Below, in pieces: positions 1-9,188 of a DNA stretch of 64,000 nt. The DNA is from Fibrobacteria bacterium. GTDB lineage: Bacteria; Fibrobacterota; Fibrobacteria; UBA11236; JADFYW01. Both the position numbers and the translations under genes were made by a program. The stretch covers positions 29,610-93,609 of the forward strand of contig JBNKOC010000019.1 of the NCBI GenBank assembly GCA_050294405.1, read 5' to 3'. Positions within the stretch are counted from its first letter, which is position 1, and each line of letters starts with the position of its first letter. Below the pieces are notes generated by a model. The model searched no databases. It was not told where the DNA came from and worked only from the letters and a program-made list of their open reading frames with translations.

Positions 1-2402
1 CTGCTTTCCAATTCGGAACCGGGCGCCGGCGGCGAATTCAAAACCAGATTGGCCTGCAATTTTTGGAATTCCTCTTCCAGAGGCAATTGAATATTGCCAG
101 TATAAAATTTGCCTTCTTTTTGCCAGGACAAATTCCAATTGGGATTTTCATAACGGTTTTGATTAAGGGGGAAGGCAATGGTGCCCGAATGGTTTTGAAT
201 ATCAGCAACCAATACATCCTGAATTTGATTGGATTCCCGGGTTAATAAAACCTTTCCATTTAATATTCCAATATAAATTTTTACAAAAACAGAATCTCCA
301 ATAGCATAGCTTGGTTTATCATACATTACATAGCAGTCTTCTTCGCTTAAACCTTCCCCGTAATAGCGAGGGACAAAAAACTTTTGTTTCACCTTAAAAG
401 CCTTGCCTCTCAAAACCCCGTTAAGGGCGATATGATATATACCTGGCTCCGTTGGCGTAAAATCCACTTCTCCTGAACCAATTTTGGAAAACTTAAAAGG
501 CGAACTTTCTAATTCGCCCCCATTTTTTTCAAATTGAACTTTGAGGTTTTTTGAGGATATCAATTCCTCATCGGAGCTGCTGATCAAAAAACGGTGGGGG
601 TTGTCGGCCAAGGCAATTTTAGTTTCGTGGATAATATTCACAATTGGCGAATTAGCCCCCTTAATGAGTTTAAATTCGGGCTTAACATTTAATTTGGCAT
701 TCGCCGCCTTGGCTATCAGCCACTCATATACATATTGTCCTTTGCGCCTTTTAATCCAATTTATTTTTCCGTTGGGAGGAATAATCAAAGTGTCTCGGGT
801 AAGGACATCTTTTCCCTCCATATTTTCTGCTTTGAGATAGTCGCTGATAACATGGGAAGAGGGAAACATATCCGATCCAAAATGCAGCACTATCAACTCT
901 TCCCCAAAGGGGATTGCAGAATTCTCCGACTTTAATTCAATGTTAAAACTGCTCCCACTGGCGCCGCTTCCGGACCGCAGGCCTTCAATTTGGATAAAAT
1001 AATCCGGCAACAAGCTCTTTGTAATTTGAATAGATTTTAAGAACCCGCCTCCGTTAAACCGCTCCCACTTTTTAGCCTTTTCCCAGCGCGCCCATTCTGC
1101 GAACAGCGAGTAATATCCAGGTTCAAGATTTACTGGAATTTGCAGCGAATCCTCAAACACGCCGCTCTCTTCGGGGGCTATTATACGTTCCATCACAGAT
1201 ACATCAGACTGATTGACCAATTGAATTTTTAAAGAATCCAATGGCGCATTTCCGAAGCCCGTTTCCGGATTTTTTTCCAGCATGGCTATTCTGTAATTAA
1301 AACTGCTCCCCAAGGGAATTTTGGACTTATCTGTATACGCATGGGGGTATAAAATTTTTTCTTTGGTTTTGATCTCGTTCCAAAGCCCCTCCATGCTGCA
1401 ATAGTGGTGATCTTTCTCCAGGGAAATTTTGTAGCTCAATAGTGAATCGGGGCCAATAACATCTTTCAAAACATAGGCCAGACCGTTTGGATCTGTGCTG
1501 GTCTCCCATTTTTTTCCCCCGTGGCTTTCAAAAATCATTTTATAGGGAGCTTTTAACTGAGGGGAAGAACTAAAACCCCAAACCATCATCAATTCGCCAT
1601 CGTTTTTGGCGCTTATGTTCAAACTGGATACATAAAACTTGATTTCCTTAAAAAAATAGGCGTTGTAAATGGTTAATCTATATATGCCCGGCTCTTTCAT
1701 TTTTTTCTTAAATTCAAAACGCCTGCCCGAAAGAGTGCGCCTGTCCGCCTCCACCAACTGGTATTTTTCCTCGGATGTTAATGAAGAGGCTTCTTGCCTT
1801 TTTTCTATAAGAAAATTGAGCTGCACGGAATTTTTAGGACTGTGGAGCCCCAGGGATCTCACAGAAAGATCTTCCCCGGGAGCTATTTGTTGGGACTCCG
1901 CCACAAAAGAAAAATAATGAAGGGAACTGGGCTTTATATCAGGATAATGTTGGCTGTAGAGATTGCGCAATTTTGGATTTTCGGAAGAAAGAGCATCTTC
2001 CACCCAGGCCCGCACAAATGCTTTGTAGGAATTCCCCTTTTTTTTGAAAGGCTGAAAAGCCGGAGCGTGGGAAAATCTGAAAAATAAATAGTTTAGCTCC
2101 CCCCTACCTTCCGCTTCTGGAAACTGGCTTTTTAGCCGACGGTAGTTTTCCATGGGAGAAGATTCGGACTGGAAAAGATCGATAAGACGCTCCCGATAGG
2201 CCATATCCGGCTCCACAAAAAAATTTTGAATGGAATCGCTAAGAATATCGGAAATACGAATGGCCTTAGCTGGTAAAAACCGGCCTTTGATTTCTTTTTT
2301 TTCAATTACCCTGGGCGAAACTGAAATTTTTTTGGGGGCGCAGGCAGTAAAAAAAAATATGGCCGAAGCGGCCACAAAAAAAATTCGCCCTAAAAAAATC
2401 AT
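1..2402 (-). CDS. Alpha-2-macroglobulin-like (MG2 domain) lipoprotein, N-terminal ~800 codons; runs off the left window edge
   Basis: Manual translation from ATG 2402: MIFLGRIFFVAASAIFFFTACAPKK (lipobox FTAC), TSTDPNGLAY, YTDKSKIPLGSSFNYRI, SGVFEDSLQIPVNLEPGYYSL, DKPSYAIGDSVFVKI. The frame stays open to base 1, which explains its absence from the ORF track. Confidence 0.72.
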   Translation of the reverse strand, partial: MIFLGRIFFVAASAIFFFTACAPKKISVSPRVIEKKEIKGRFLPAKAIRISDILSDSIQNFFVEPDMAYRERLIDLFQSESSPMENYRRLKSQFPEAEGRGELNYLFFRFSHAPAFQPFKKKGNSYKAFVRAWVEDALSSENPKLRNLYSQHYPDIKPSSLHYFSFVAESQQIAPGEDLSVRSLGLHSPKNSVQLNFLIEKRQEASSLTSEEKYQLVEADRRTLSGRRFEFKKKMKEPGIYRLTIYNAYFFKEIKFYVSSLNISAKNDGELMMVWGFSSSPQLKAPYKMIFESHGGKKWETSTDPNGLAYVLKDVIGPDSLLSYKISLEKDHHYCSMEGLWNEIKTKEKILYPHAYTDKSKIPLGSSFNYRIAMLEKNPETGFGNAPLDSLKIQLVNQSDVSVMERIIAPEESGVFEDSLQIPVNLEPGYYSLFAEWARWEKAKKWERFNGGGFLKSIQITKSLLPDYFIQIEGLRSGSGASGSSFNIELKSENSAIPFGEELIVLHFGSDMFPSSHVISDYLKAENMEGKDVLTRDTLIIPPNGKINWIKRRKGQYVYEWLIAKAANAKLNVKPEFKLIKGANSPIVNIIHETKIALADNPHRFLISSSDEELISSKNLKVQFEKNGGELESSPFKFSKIGSGEVDFTPTEPGIYHIALNGVLRGKAFKVKQKFFVPRYYGEGLSEEDCYVMYDKPSYAIGDSVFVKIYIGILNGKVLLTRESNQIQDVLVADIQNHSGTIAFPLNQNRYENPNWNLSWQKEGKFYTGNIQLPLEEEFQKLQANLVLNSPPAPGSELES

Positions 2403-2445
2403 ATTCGTACAGTAATATATAAATGTTGGGCTTTGCAGAATAAGG

Positions 2446-2467
2446 AAAAGCCCCCAAAGTCGGGGGC
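2446..2467 (-). terminator. Intrinsic terminator after yceI
   Basis: Minus strand GCCCCC-gacttt-GGGGGC followed by TTTT, about 25 nt after the yceI stop. Confidence 0.7.
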
Positions 2468-2492
2468 CAGAGGAAAAAAAATTAGTTGTAAA

Positions 2493-3086
2493 TTATTTTT
2501 TCTCGATAGCGATGATTACAAAGTTAGCCCGAACTTCTTCGCCAACTAATATGCCGCCGGCTTCCAAAGCTTTGTTCCACTTAACGCCGTAGTCCATTCT
2601 GTTAAGTGTGGGTTTAGCTGTAAAAGCGACTTTAGTGTTTCCCCAAGGGTCATTACCCAGATTGTTCACTTTTACAGGGAAGGAAATTTCTTTTGTGACG
2701 CCGTGAAGGGTAAAGTCACCAGATACCACCACTTCTTTTCCTTTTTTAGAAAAGCTTTTGCTTACGAAAGTAATTTCGGGATACTTTTCCACATCCAGAA
2801 AATCAGGACTTTTCAGATGGCCGTCTCTTTTTTCGTTATCTGTGAAAATAGAAGCAGCCTTGATGGTGAATTTTACAGAGGATTTTTCAGGGGATTTAGC
2901 ATCCCAGTTCAATTTTAAATCAAAATCCTTGAAGCGACCGTCCACCTCAGAAAACATCATATAATCTACGCTGAAACCCATTTTTGAGTGGGCGCCATCC
3001 AGACTATATTCAGCGGCTTGAATCGAACTAAACCCAAAAAACAATAAAACCCCAAACAATTTTGATAATAATGGCAGGTTTTTCAC
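2493..3086 (-). CDS. yceI: YceI family polyisoprenoid-binding periplasmic protein
   Basis: Signal peptide; HSKMGFSV, RDGHLKSPDFLDVEKYPEITF, GDFTLHGVTK, RMDYGVKWN; GGAGG RBS before a GTG start. Confidence 0.93.
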   Translation of the reverse strand: MKNLPLLSKLFGVLLFFGFSSIQAAEYSLDGAHSKMGFSVDYMMFSEVDGRFKDFDLKLNWDAKSPEKSSVKFTIKAASIFTDNEKRDGHLKSPDFLDVEKYPEITFVSKSFSKKGKEVVVSGDFTLHGVTKEISFPVKVNNLGNDPWGNTKVAFTAKPTLNRMDYGVKWNKALEAGGILVGEEVRANFVIIAIEKK

Positions 3087-3110
3087 AACTCCTCCTTAAT
3101 TTGTTGAAAC

Positions 3111-3132
3111 ATTAGTTGTATATACAATTAAT
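3111..3132. promoter_or_regulatory. Palindromic operator upstream of yceI (MarR-like)
   Basis: ATTAGTTGTATATACAATTAAT matches its reverse complement at 20/22 positions; lies about 25 bp upstream of the yceI start. Confidence 0.6.
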
Positions 3133-3174
3133 TTACAATATTTTTCCTCATGCGCAAGTCCCAACCAAAGACGG

Positions 3175-3933
3175 TTAGTTTTCGAGTGGAAGTTCCTTTA
3201 AAAAGTCCTTATAAGAGGAAGTTTCCCGATGGGACAGGGCACTATTGATTACGAACCGGATATTTTTCACAGTTTCTGGATGTTTAAAATCGTGGGGATG
3301 GATGGCAATTCGAAGCCAGGTTTGGTCTTTATGTTTTTTTTCCAGATAAGGACAAACCAACAGTGAGCCGTATTTACGAACTAAAGTTCGGGTGGCCCAG
3401 GTCACCACGGGGGCTCGCCATCCCGTAGAAGTTTCAGTATTGTAAATACCCCAATGGCTTTCACTTAATTTTAGTCCCATTTTTCTTAAGACCGGAAACA
3501 GATTTTCATTGTAAAGCCAGGCTGGCGCAATAAAACCTAAGGCATTGATTCCAGGAAGCGCATTGTTCATGACTTCCATTCCCTTTTCTATTCTCTTTTT
3601 TATTTCCTCTTCAGATAGGCTCAAGAATTCCCCTTCTCCGGCAGTCATAAATTTGCGTTTAAAAAAGTTTGCCCCCCCTTTTTCCAGGGAATTGTTTTCA
3701 GTTTCTAAATGATAATATCCGTGTAAAAACCACTCTGGATTGCTAAAAGAAACAGAGTCCAACCATTCTTTAAACTGGGAGCTATTTGCTGAAATTCCAT
3801 TCTTGTGAAAATCCGGCACAAACAAATAAGCCACTTGGCTAAGTCCCAGAGAAGATGCCAGTTTTTGGAACTCCCTTAAAAGGGGCAAGTGATGGGGAGT
3901 AACATCGTGGAGGCTGATTAGTAATTTTTTCAG
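3175..3933 (-). CDS. DUF2334 / polysaccharide deacetylase-like protein (probable CTG start at 3933)
   Basis: LLISLHDVTP motif upstream of the ORF-track start; LHGYYH, TAGEGEF, GFIAPAW, LRIAIHPHD; AAGGA RBS 7 nt before CTG. Confidence 0.82.
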   Translation of the reverse strand: MKKLLISLHDVTPHHLPLLREFQKLASSLGLSQVAYLFVPDFHKNGISANSSQFKEWLDSVSFSNPEWFLHGYYHLETENNSLEKGGANFFKRKFMTAGEGEFLSLSEEEIKKRIEKGMEVMNNALPGINALGFIAPAWLYNENLFPVLRKMGLKLSESHWGIYNTETSTGWRAPVVTWATRTLVRKYGSLLVCPYLEKKHKDQTWLRIAIHPHDFKHPETVKNIRFVINSALSHRETSSYKDFLKELPLEN

Positions 3934-4056
3934 ATATTTATCCTTTTAGTTATACTTTAAAGAAGCAGTCACAAGCTTCTTTAAGTTTGGAAGGCTTAAA
4001 TTTAAGTAGCCTCGGTCCCCTTGGCGCGCCCCGTATAATGTCCCAATCCTCAATTT

Positions 4057-5217
4057 TTAGAGATCCCCATTTTTAAAAAGACTTTGGTAAAACTGAATTT
4101 GCCTGTTAAAAAAATTATCCCAGTCCCCATAGTCCTCGGCCAGGGCGTGGGATTTTTGGGCTAACTTTTCCAGATTTTCATTCCGCAAGTTCTCTACTAC
4201 GGATAAAAAAGAATTTTTATCTCCTGCTTTAAACCGGAGTGGGGAGTTTAATTTGGAAAGCAACTCACCCACTCCTCCCGCATCGGGACCTACCACCACC
4301 AAACCGCTGGCCATAGCCTCAAGAGCTCCCAGGCCAAAGGTTTCATAAGGGCCCGGAGCCAGAAGGACCTGGTGCTCGTGGTATATTTTTTGGAGTTCGG
4401 AAGGTTCAGATACATAGCCTCCGTAGGTGAAATTGGGGATGCTAACATTTTTAAAATGAGAGGCTAGCTTGCCCCGCCCCACCATAGTGAACTTCACATT
4501 TGGTATTCGGCAAATTTTTTCCAGGGTTTCCACAATGAGCCCGGTTCCTTTATCTTTATCAAGACGTCCGGCGTACAATATTTTAAGAGGTCCACTTTGC
4601 CAGGTTCGCCATTTTTTCTGCAACTGGTCCTTTGAATATAAAATATTCTTTTGTATTCCAAAAGAGTTGAAATGGACATGTTCCACCCCTTGCCTAAGCA
4701 ACTTTTTTTCGATAATTTGCGAAGCCACCACTGTGCCGTGGTATTGTTTTTGCAATTTGTAAAAAAGAGCTTCGGCTAATTTAGCTACGGGCATCATCCA
4801 TTTTTCCACGCCGGACTTTTTTACCCAGGGATAGAGGTAGGTGTCTATTGGGTCCGAGTGATACATGCTGGTTTTTATTTTCCCCTTGAGAGCAGGATTA
4901 AACAAAGTAAAAAGAGCGCTAAGCCAGGGATCGCCAATTTCAATAACATCTGCTCCCTCAGATTTAATAGCCCTGGAAATGCTAAAAGGATTTAACATCA
5001 AACGGTAGCCTTCCGCATCTTTGGTGAGCGCCAACCCTTTTCGCTGAATCAAACGGATGTTTTCGCCAATTTCTGCGATGTTATGCTCGGGACCCGGATA
5101 CAGCAAACAGTAATCATGGAATTTGTTCTGCTTAAAAAATTCAATTTTGGCCTGGTGGTAGGTTCGAATTCCCCCCGCCTTATAATTGAAAAAAGTATTG
5201 ATATCCAGAAATTTCAC
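4057..5217 (-). CDS. Glycosyltransferase family 4 (GT-B)
   Basis: GGIRTY, YAGRLDKDKG, ETFGLGALEAMASGLVVV. Confidence 0.9.
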   Translation of the reverse strand: MKFLDINTFFNYKAGGIRTYHQAKIEFFKQNKFHDYCLLYPGPEHNIAEIGENIRLIQRKGLALTKDAEGYRLMLNPFSISRAIKSEGADVIEIGDPWLSALFTLFNPALKGKIKTSMYHSDPIDTYLYPWVKKSGVEKWMMPVAKLAEALFYKLQKQYHGTVVASQIIEKKLLRQGVEHVHFNSFGIQKNILYSKDQLQKKWRTWQSGPLKILYAGRLDKDKGTGLIVETLEKICRIPNVKFTMVGRGKLASHFKNVSIPNFTYGGYVSEPSELQKIYHEHQVLLAPGPYETFGLGALEAMASGLVVVGPDAGGVGELLSKLNSPLRFKAGDKNSFLSVVENLRNENLEKLAQKSHALAEDYGDWDNFFNRQIQFYQSLFKNGDL

Positions 5218-5303
5218 TTTTACAAATTACTGTCATATTCCTTCAATGTCTAACCTCCTTTTAAAACAGTTTTTTTAATATATTTTCCGGAAATAAGGAC
5301 ATT

Positions 5304-6620
5304 TTGAGAAAACTGACTCACAAAAAATCTCGTTCCCATTATACAGTTACCCTGGGCAATATTTTAAAAATGTTGGGCTGGTTTCAGGTGGAGCTCTTTT
5401 CCCATTTGCCAGAGCTTTGGGAGCTTCGAAAAATCTACAAAAACAGGGTTCCCAATCCTGAGGATTTATCCGTGGCGCTCATAGGCGATAACCTGGACGA
5501 AGTAAACGGAATTGCCCTTAGCAGCCGGACCCTGATTCGCACTCAATTAAAAAAAAACCGCAAAATTTATTTAGTGGGAATCGCCTTCCACAACAAAAAC
5601 CCCCGCATGGAAATGAGAGGGGGCAGTATTGTGATGATTCCCGGTCTTGCCAGCATGGACCAGCCCGGGTATTCGGGAAGCGAAGTGGCCATTCCCAAAA
5701 TTGGCCTTATGTTGCGGTTGCTAAAGCGCTACCCAATTGATCTATTCGAATTCGAAACTCCAAATACCATGGGTTTTATGGCTCTTTGTATTGCCAAGTT
5801 TATTGGCATTAAAACCATTTCGCATTATCGCACGGATTTGCTCACCTATCTGGACTTGCTTATTCAAAACAAGTTGGGAAAATGGATTCTCCATAAGTGC
5901 GTCATCTTTTTCACCTGGGCTTCCGGGCCTGTAATTGTTCCCTCCCGTGCCTTCAAGGATAAGGTAGCCCAAATGGGAATTCCCAAAGATAAAATCCACC
6001 AGCTACCCCGGGGCGTGGACCAAGTAATGTTCCACCCCGATAAAAAAAATAACGGGGCCTGGGAAAAATTACTCCCTGAAGGAAAAGGTTTTCGCCTTAT
6101 TTATATGGGACGCATTTCCCGGGAAAAAAACCTGCCCTGGCTTTGTGAATTTTACCGTGCCTTAAAAACCCGATTCCATGAGCTGAGGCTAACTGTGGTG
6201 GGAGAAGGTCCTTATCTGGAGGAAATGAAAAGGGAATTATCCTCTTTTCCCGAAGTTTTTTTTACTGGAACTCTACGAGGTCAAAATCTGGCCGGGGTTC
6301 TGGCCAGTTCCGATGTAATGCTTTTTCCCAGCACTACGGATACCTTTGGCAACTCGGTTATTGAGGCTTTGGCTTCGGGAGTTCCCTGTCTGGTGTCCAA
6401 TGAAGGAGGTCCACAAGAAATTGTGGAAAATGGAAGCTGCGGTTTTGTGGTGGACCCCAAAAACCAGAGCGAGGCTGTGGAGCTTTTGGCGGGAATTCTG
6501 GAAAATCCAGAGGCCTTAAAAAGCATGAAGGAAAACGCCCGTAAGAGAGCTCAGGTTTTCACCCACGAAAACTCCGCGGACAGATTTTGGGCATTTTACC
6601 AGTCCCTATTTGAAAATTGA
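5304..6620 (+). CDS. Glycosyltransferase family 4 (glycolipid synthase-like)
   Basis: EVNGIA, YRTDL, RGVD, YMGRISREKN, FPSTTDTFGNSVIEALASGVP. Confidence 0.9.
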   Translation: MRKLTHKKSRSHYTVTLGNILKMLGWFQVELFSHLPELWELRKIYKNRVPNPEDLSVALIGDNLDEVNGIALSSRTLIRTQLKKNRKIYLVGIAFHNKNPRMEMRGGSIVMIPGLASMDQPGYSGSEVAIPKIGLMLRLLKRYPIDLFEFETPNTMGFMALCIAKFIGIKTISHYRTDLLTYLDLLIQNKLGKWILHKCVIFFTWASGPVIVPSRAFKDKVAQMGIPKDKIHQLPRGVDQVMFHPDKKNNGAWEKLLPEGKGFRLIYMGRISREKNLPWLCEFYRALKTRFHELRLTVVGEGPYLEEMKRELSSFPEVFFTGTLRGQNLAGVLASSDVMLFPSTTDTFGNSVIEALASGVPCLVSNEGGPQEIVENGSCGFVVDPKNQSEAVELLAGILENPEALKSMKENARKRAQVFTHENSADRFWAFYQSLFEN

Positions 6621-6692
6621 AAAATTTTCAAAAGGTAATTGTTGATTTCCCCAACCAAAAAGTGAAACTATAAGTATAAGGCAAAAAGGAGT

Positions 6693-6887
6693 TTGAACAT
6701 GGTTCTTATAATTTCCCTGGTTTGTATTTTGAGTTCCTTTGCGGGAGTCTTGTTGGGACTTTCCCTTAAAGGCTTATTGGTTATGAAACTGGGGTTGGAA
6801 AAGGGACAGAAAAAAATGTTTAATATTGGAATTATAGCAGGAGCTGGGGCCTTATTGCTCAGCATTATTGGGCTTTTTGTCCGTTAA
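6693..6887 (+). CDS. Small two-TM membrane protein
   Basis: Two hydrophobic segments; AAGGAG RBS upstream (start may be ATG 6699). Confidence 0.6.
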   Translation: MNMVLIISLVCILSSFAGVLLGLSLKGLLVMKLGLEKGQKKMFNIGIIAGAGALLLSIIGLFVR

Positions 6888-6987
6888 AATCCGCGAAATT
6901 ATTCCATTAAGCAATTTGATTTTTTTGTGTTTTTTTTGCCATTATCATGGTAAAATGTAAGTATGGAAAACAAATTTTCCAGCTTTC

Positions 6988-7128
6988 GGGCACCGCTAAA
7001 AATTGATGATCGAGGGTGTGAGTGAGGCGTGCGATAACGAAAAACCGGAGTTTATGCATTATAAATGAGGATTTTGAGGAAGAGCAGAACGAAGTTCACA
7101 GCTACGAGGGCAATTTTTGGAGGTGCCC
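6988..7128. mobile_element. 141-bp MITE-like palindromic element
   Basis: Terminal inverted repeats GGGCACCGCTAAAAATTG and CAATTTTTGGAGGTGCCC (16/18 match); more GC-rich than the flanks; no ORF. Confidence 0.72.
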
Positions 7129-7183
7129 TTAGATCTTGCCAGCACTTTAAAAAATATTATCACCGCCAAAAAAGGGGTTTTCC

Positions 7184-9088
7184 ATGAGCGAGAATGGGGT
7201 TCATAAAGAAGAAGAAATTAAAATCGATCTTTCGAAAATGTCCGCTGAAAAAGCGGCTGCCATGGTAGTTGCAGAAAGTGCGCGGGAATCAAAATGGGAC
7301 TCTCCCAGCTTTGCTGGAGGAATTTTTATGGGCCGCTTTAATGCGGATATTATCAACCCCTTTCCCATACAATCTGAAGAGGATAGAAAAATTGGAGATG
7401 AACTCATCGCCCAGGTTTCTGCTTTTTTGAAAGAAAACCTAGATCCCGATGAAGTGGACGAAACAAGGGAAGTGCCCCAAAAGGTTTTAGATGGCCTTAC
7501 TAAAATGAAGCTGTGGGCCATGAAAATCCCCAAGGAATACGGTGGACTTGGACTATCTCAGGTGAACTACAACCGTGTGATGGCCATGATAGCCAGTTAC
7601 TGTGGCTCCACTACGGTTTTATTGAGCGCACACCAAAGTATCGGTGTGCCACAGCCTCTGAAAATGTTCGGCACTAAAGAGCAAAAAGAAAAATACCTGC
7701 CCCGCTTTGCCGAAGGGGCCATTTCGGCTTTCGCCTTAACAGAGCCAGAAGTTGGGTCTGATCCCGCAAAAATGCTCACCACAGCTACCCCAATTGATAA
7801 CGGCGAAAATTTTTTAATAAATGGAAAGAAGCTTTGGTGCACCAATGGGCCCATTGCCGACATTTTAGTGGTGATGGCAAAGACCCCGCCCAAAATTAAA
7901 AATGGCCGGGAAATCCCTCAGATAACAGCATTTATTGTGGAAAAAGGGATGCCGGGTTTTGAGGTGGCTCACCGATGCGATTTTATGGGCATTCGCGGAA
8001 TTTACAACGGGCTACTTTCCTTTAAGGATGTTAAGGTTCCCAAAGAAAACATTATTCTGGGAGAAGGTAAAGGATTAAAGCTCGCTCTCAAAACATTAAA
8101 TGCCGGACGTCTTACCCTACCCGCGGCGGCTGTTGGTATGGGACGCCAGTGTATGAACATCGTGAGAGATTTTGGAAATTCCCGCGTGCAATGGGGAATG
8201 TCCATTGGTAAACATGAAGCCGTATCCAATAAAATTGGCAACATGGCTGCTACCCTGTTTTCCATGGAGGCGGTAACATGGCTTACATCGGCCATGGTGG
8301 ATGAAGCCAAGTTTGACATTCGAATTGAAGCGGCCATGGCGAAAATGTATTGCTCTGAAGCTGCCTGGAAAATGATTGATGACACCCTGCAAATTCGAGG
8401 AGGACGGGGATACGAAAAAGCCCAGTCCCTTAAAGGCCGTGGAGAAAAACCCATTCCTGTAGAAAGAATGATGAGAGATTGCCGTATCAACCGCATTATC
8501 GAAGGAACCACAGATATTATGCACCTGTTCTTAGCCAGAGAAGCCCTGGACCCGCACATGGAAGTGGCTGGAGAGCTGATGTTAAAGCATATTCCCCTAG
8601 GGCAAAAAATGAAGGCCGGTGTTAAGATGGCCAACTTTTATTTGAAATGGTATCCCAACCAATGGGTCAACTCAAGCCCTTTTGCCAGCTATGCAGAATT
8701 TCACCCCAAACTGGCCAGACATATGCGCTACGTGGAAAGAACCAGCCATCATTTGGCCCGCTCCATTTTCCATGCTATGGGTATGTATCAAAATACTCTG
8801 GAAAGAAGGCAAATGATTTTAGGGCGCTTTGTGGATATCGGCACGGAGCTATTCGCCATCGCCGCCACTTGTTCTTACGCTCAAAAGCTTATGGAAGAAA
8901 AAAATCCCGATAAGGATCCCATGCAGTTGGCAAACTTCTTTTCCAAGCAAAGCCGCCGCAGAATCGAGCAACTTTTTGCAGATGTTTCCGATAATGATGA
9001 TAGCCAGGCCAATAAAATTGCCAAAGACTTTTTAAACGGCCAATACAAATGGATGGAACAGGACATTATCCGCTGTATTGAAGATTAA
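7184..9088 (+). CDS. Long acyl-CoA dehydrogenase (ACAD9/VLCAD/FadE10-like)
   Basis: AHQSIG, AFALTEPEVGSDP, NGKKLWCTNG, QIRGGRGYE, RINRIIEGT, plus C-terminal extension. Confidence 0.93.
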   Translation: MSENGVHKEEEIKIDLSKMSAEKAAAMVVAESARESKWDSPSFAGGIFMGRFNADIINPFPIQSEEDRKIGDELIAQVSAFLKENLDPDEVDETREVPQKVLDGLTKMKLWAMKIPKEYGGLGLSQVNYNRVMAMIASYCGSTTVLLSAHQSIGVPQPLKMFGTKEQKEKYLPRFAEGAISAFALTEPEVGSDPAKMLTTATPIDNGENFLINGKKLWCTNGPIADILVVMAKTPPKIKNGREIPQITAFIVEKGMPGFEVAHRCDFMGIRGIYNGLLSFKDVKVPKENIILGEGKGLKLALKTLNAGRLTLPAAAVGMGRQCMNIVRDFGNSRVQWGMSIGKHEAVSNKIGNMAATLFSMEAVTWLTSAMVDEAKFDIRIEAAMAKMYCSEAAWKMIDDTLQIRGGRGYEKAQSLKGRGEKPIPVERMMRDCRINRIIEGTTDIMHLFLAREALDPHMEVAGELMLKHIPLGQKMKAGVKMANFYLKWYPNQWVNSSPFASYAEFHPKLARHMRYVERTSHHLARSIFHAMGMYQNTLERRQMILGRFVDIGTELFAIAATCSYAQKLMEEKNPDKDPMQLANFFSKQSRRRIEQLFADVSDNDDSQANKIAKDFLNGQYKWMEQDIIRCIED

Positions 9089-9122
9089 CCTGTTTTTCTA
9101 GAACCCATCTCAAAATAAAATC

Positions 9123-9160
9123 AGGGGCTTTTGGAGTGTTTTCTAAAAAGCCCCTTTTTT
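9123..9160 (+). terminator. Intrinsic terminator after acyl-CoA dehydrogenase
   Basis: AGGGGCTTTT...AAAAGCCCCT followed by a T-tract. Confidence 0.75.
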
Positions 9161-9188
9161 ACGGTCAAATTTTTTAATTTCCATTGCC

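Noticed and set aside
63..2415. Short ORFs listed in the track for this interval
   Set aside because: They are shadows of the long minus-strand A2M-like frame.
3946..4053. 35-codon TTG ORF in frame with both the GT4 gene and DUF2334 (possible readthrough fusion)
   Set aside because: It is bounded by two TAA stops, has no clear RBS or motif, and DUF2334 has its own RBS. Likely coincidence.
8002..8634. Long antisense ORFs (210 aa here; also 22446-22991 and 23596-24192)
   Set aside because: Each lies fully opposite a well-supported gene and has no motifs; expected from codon bias.
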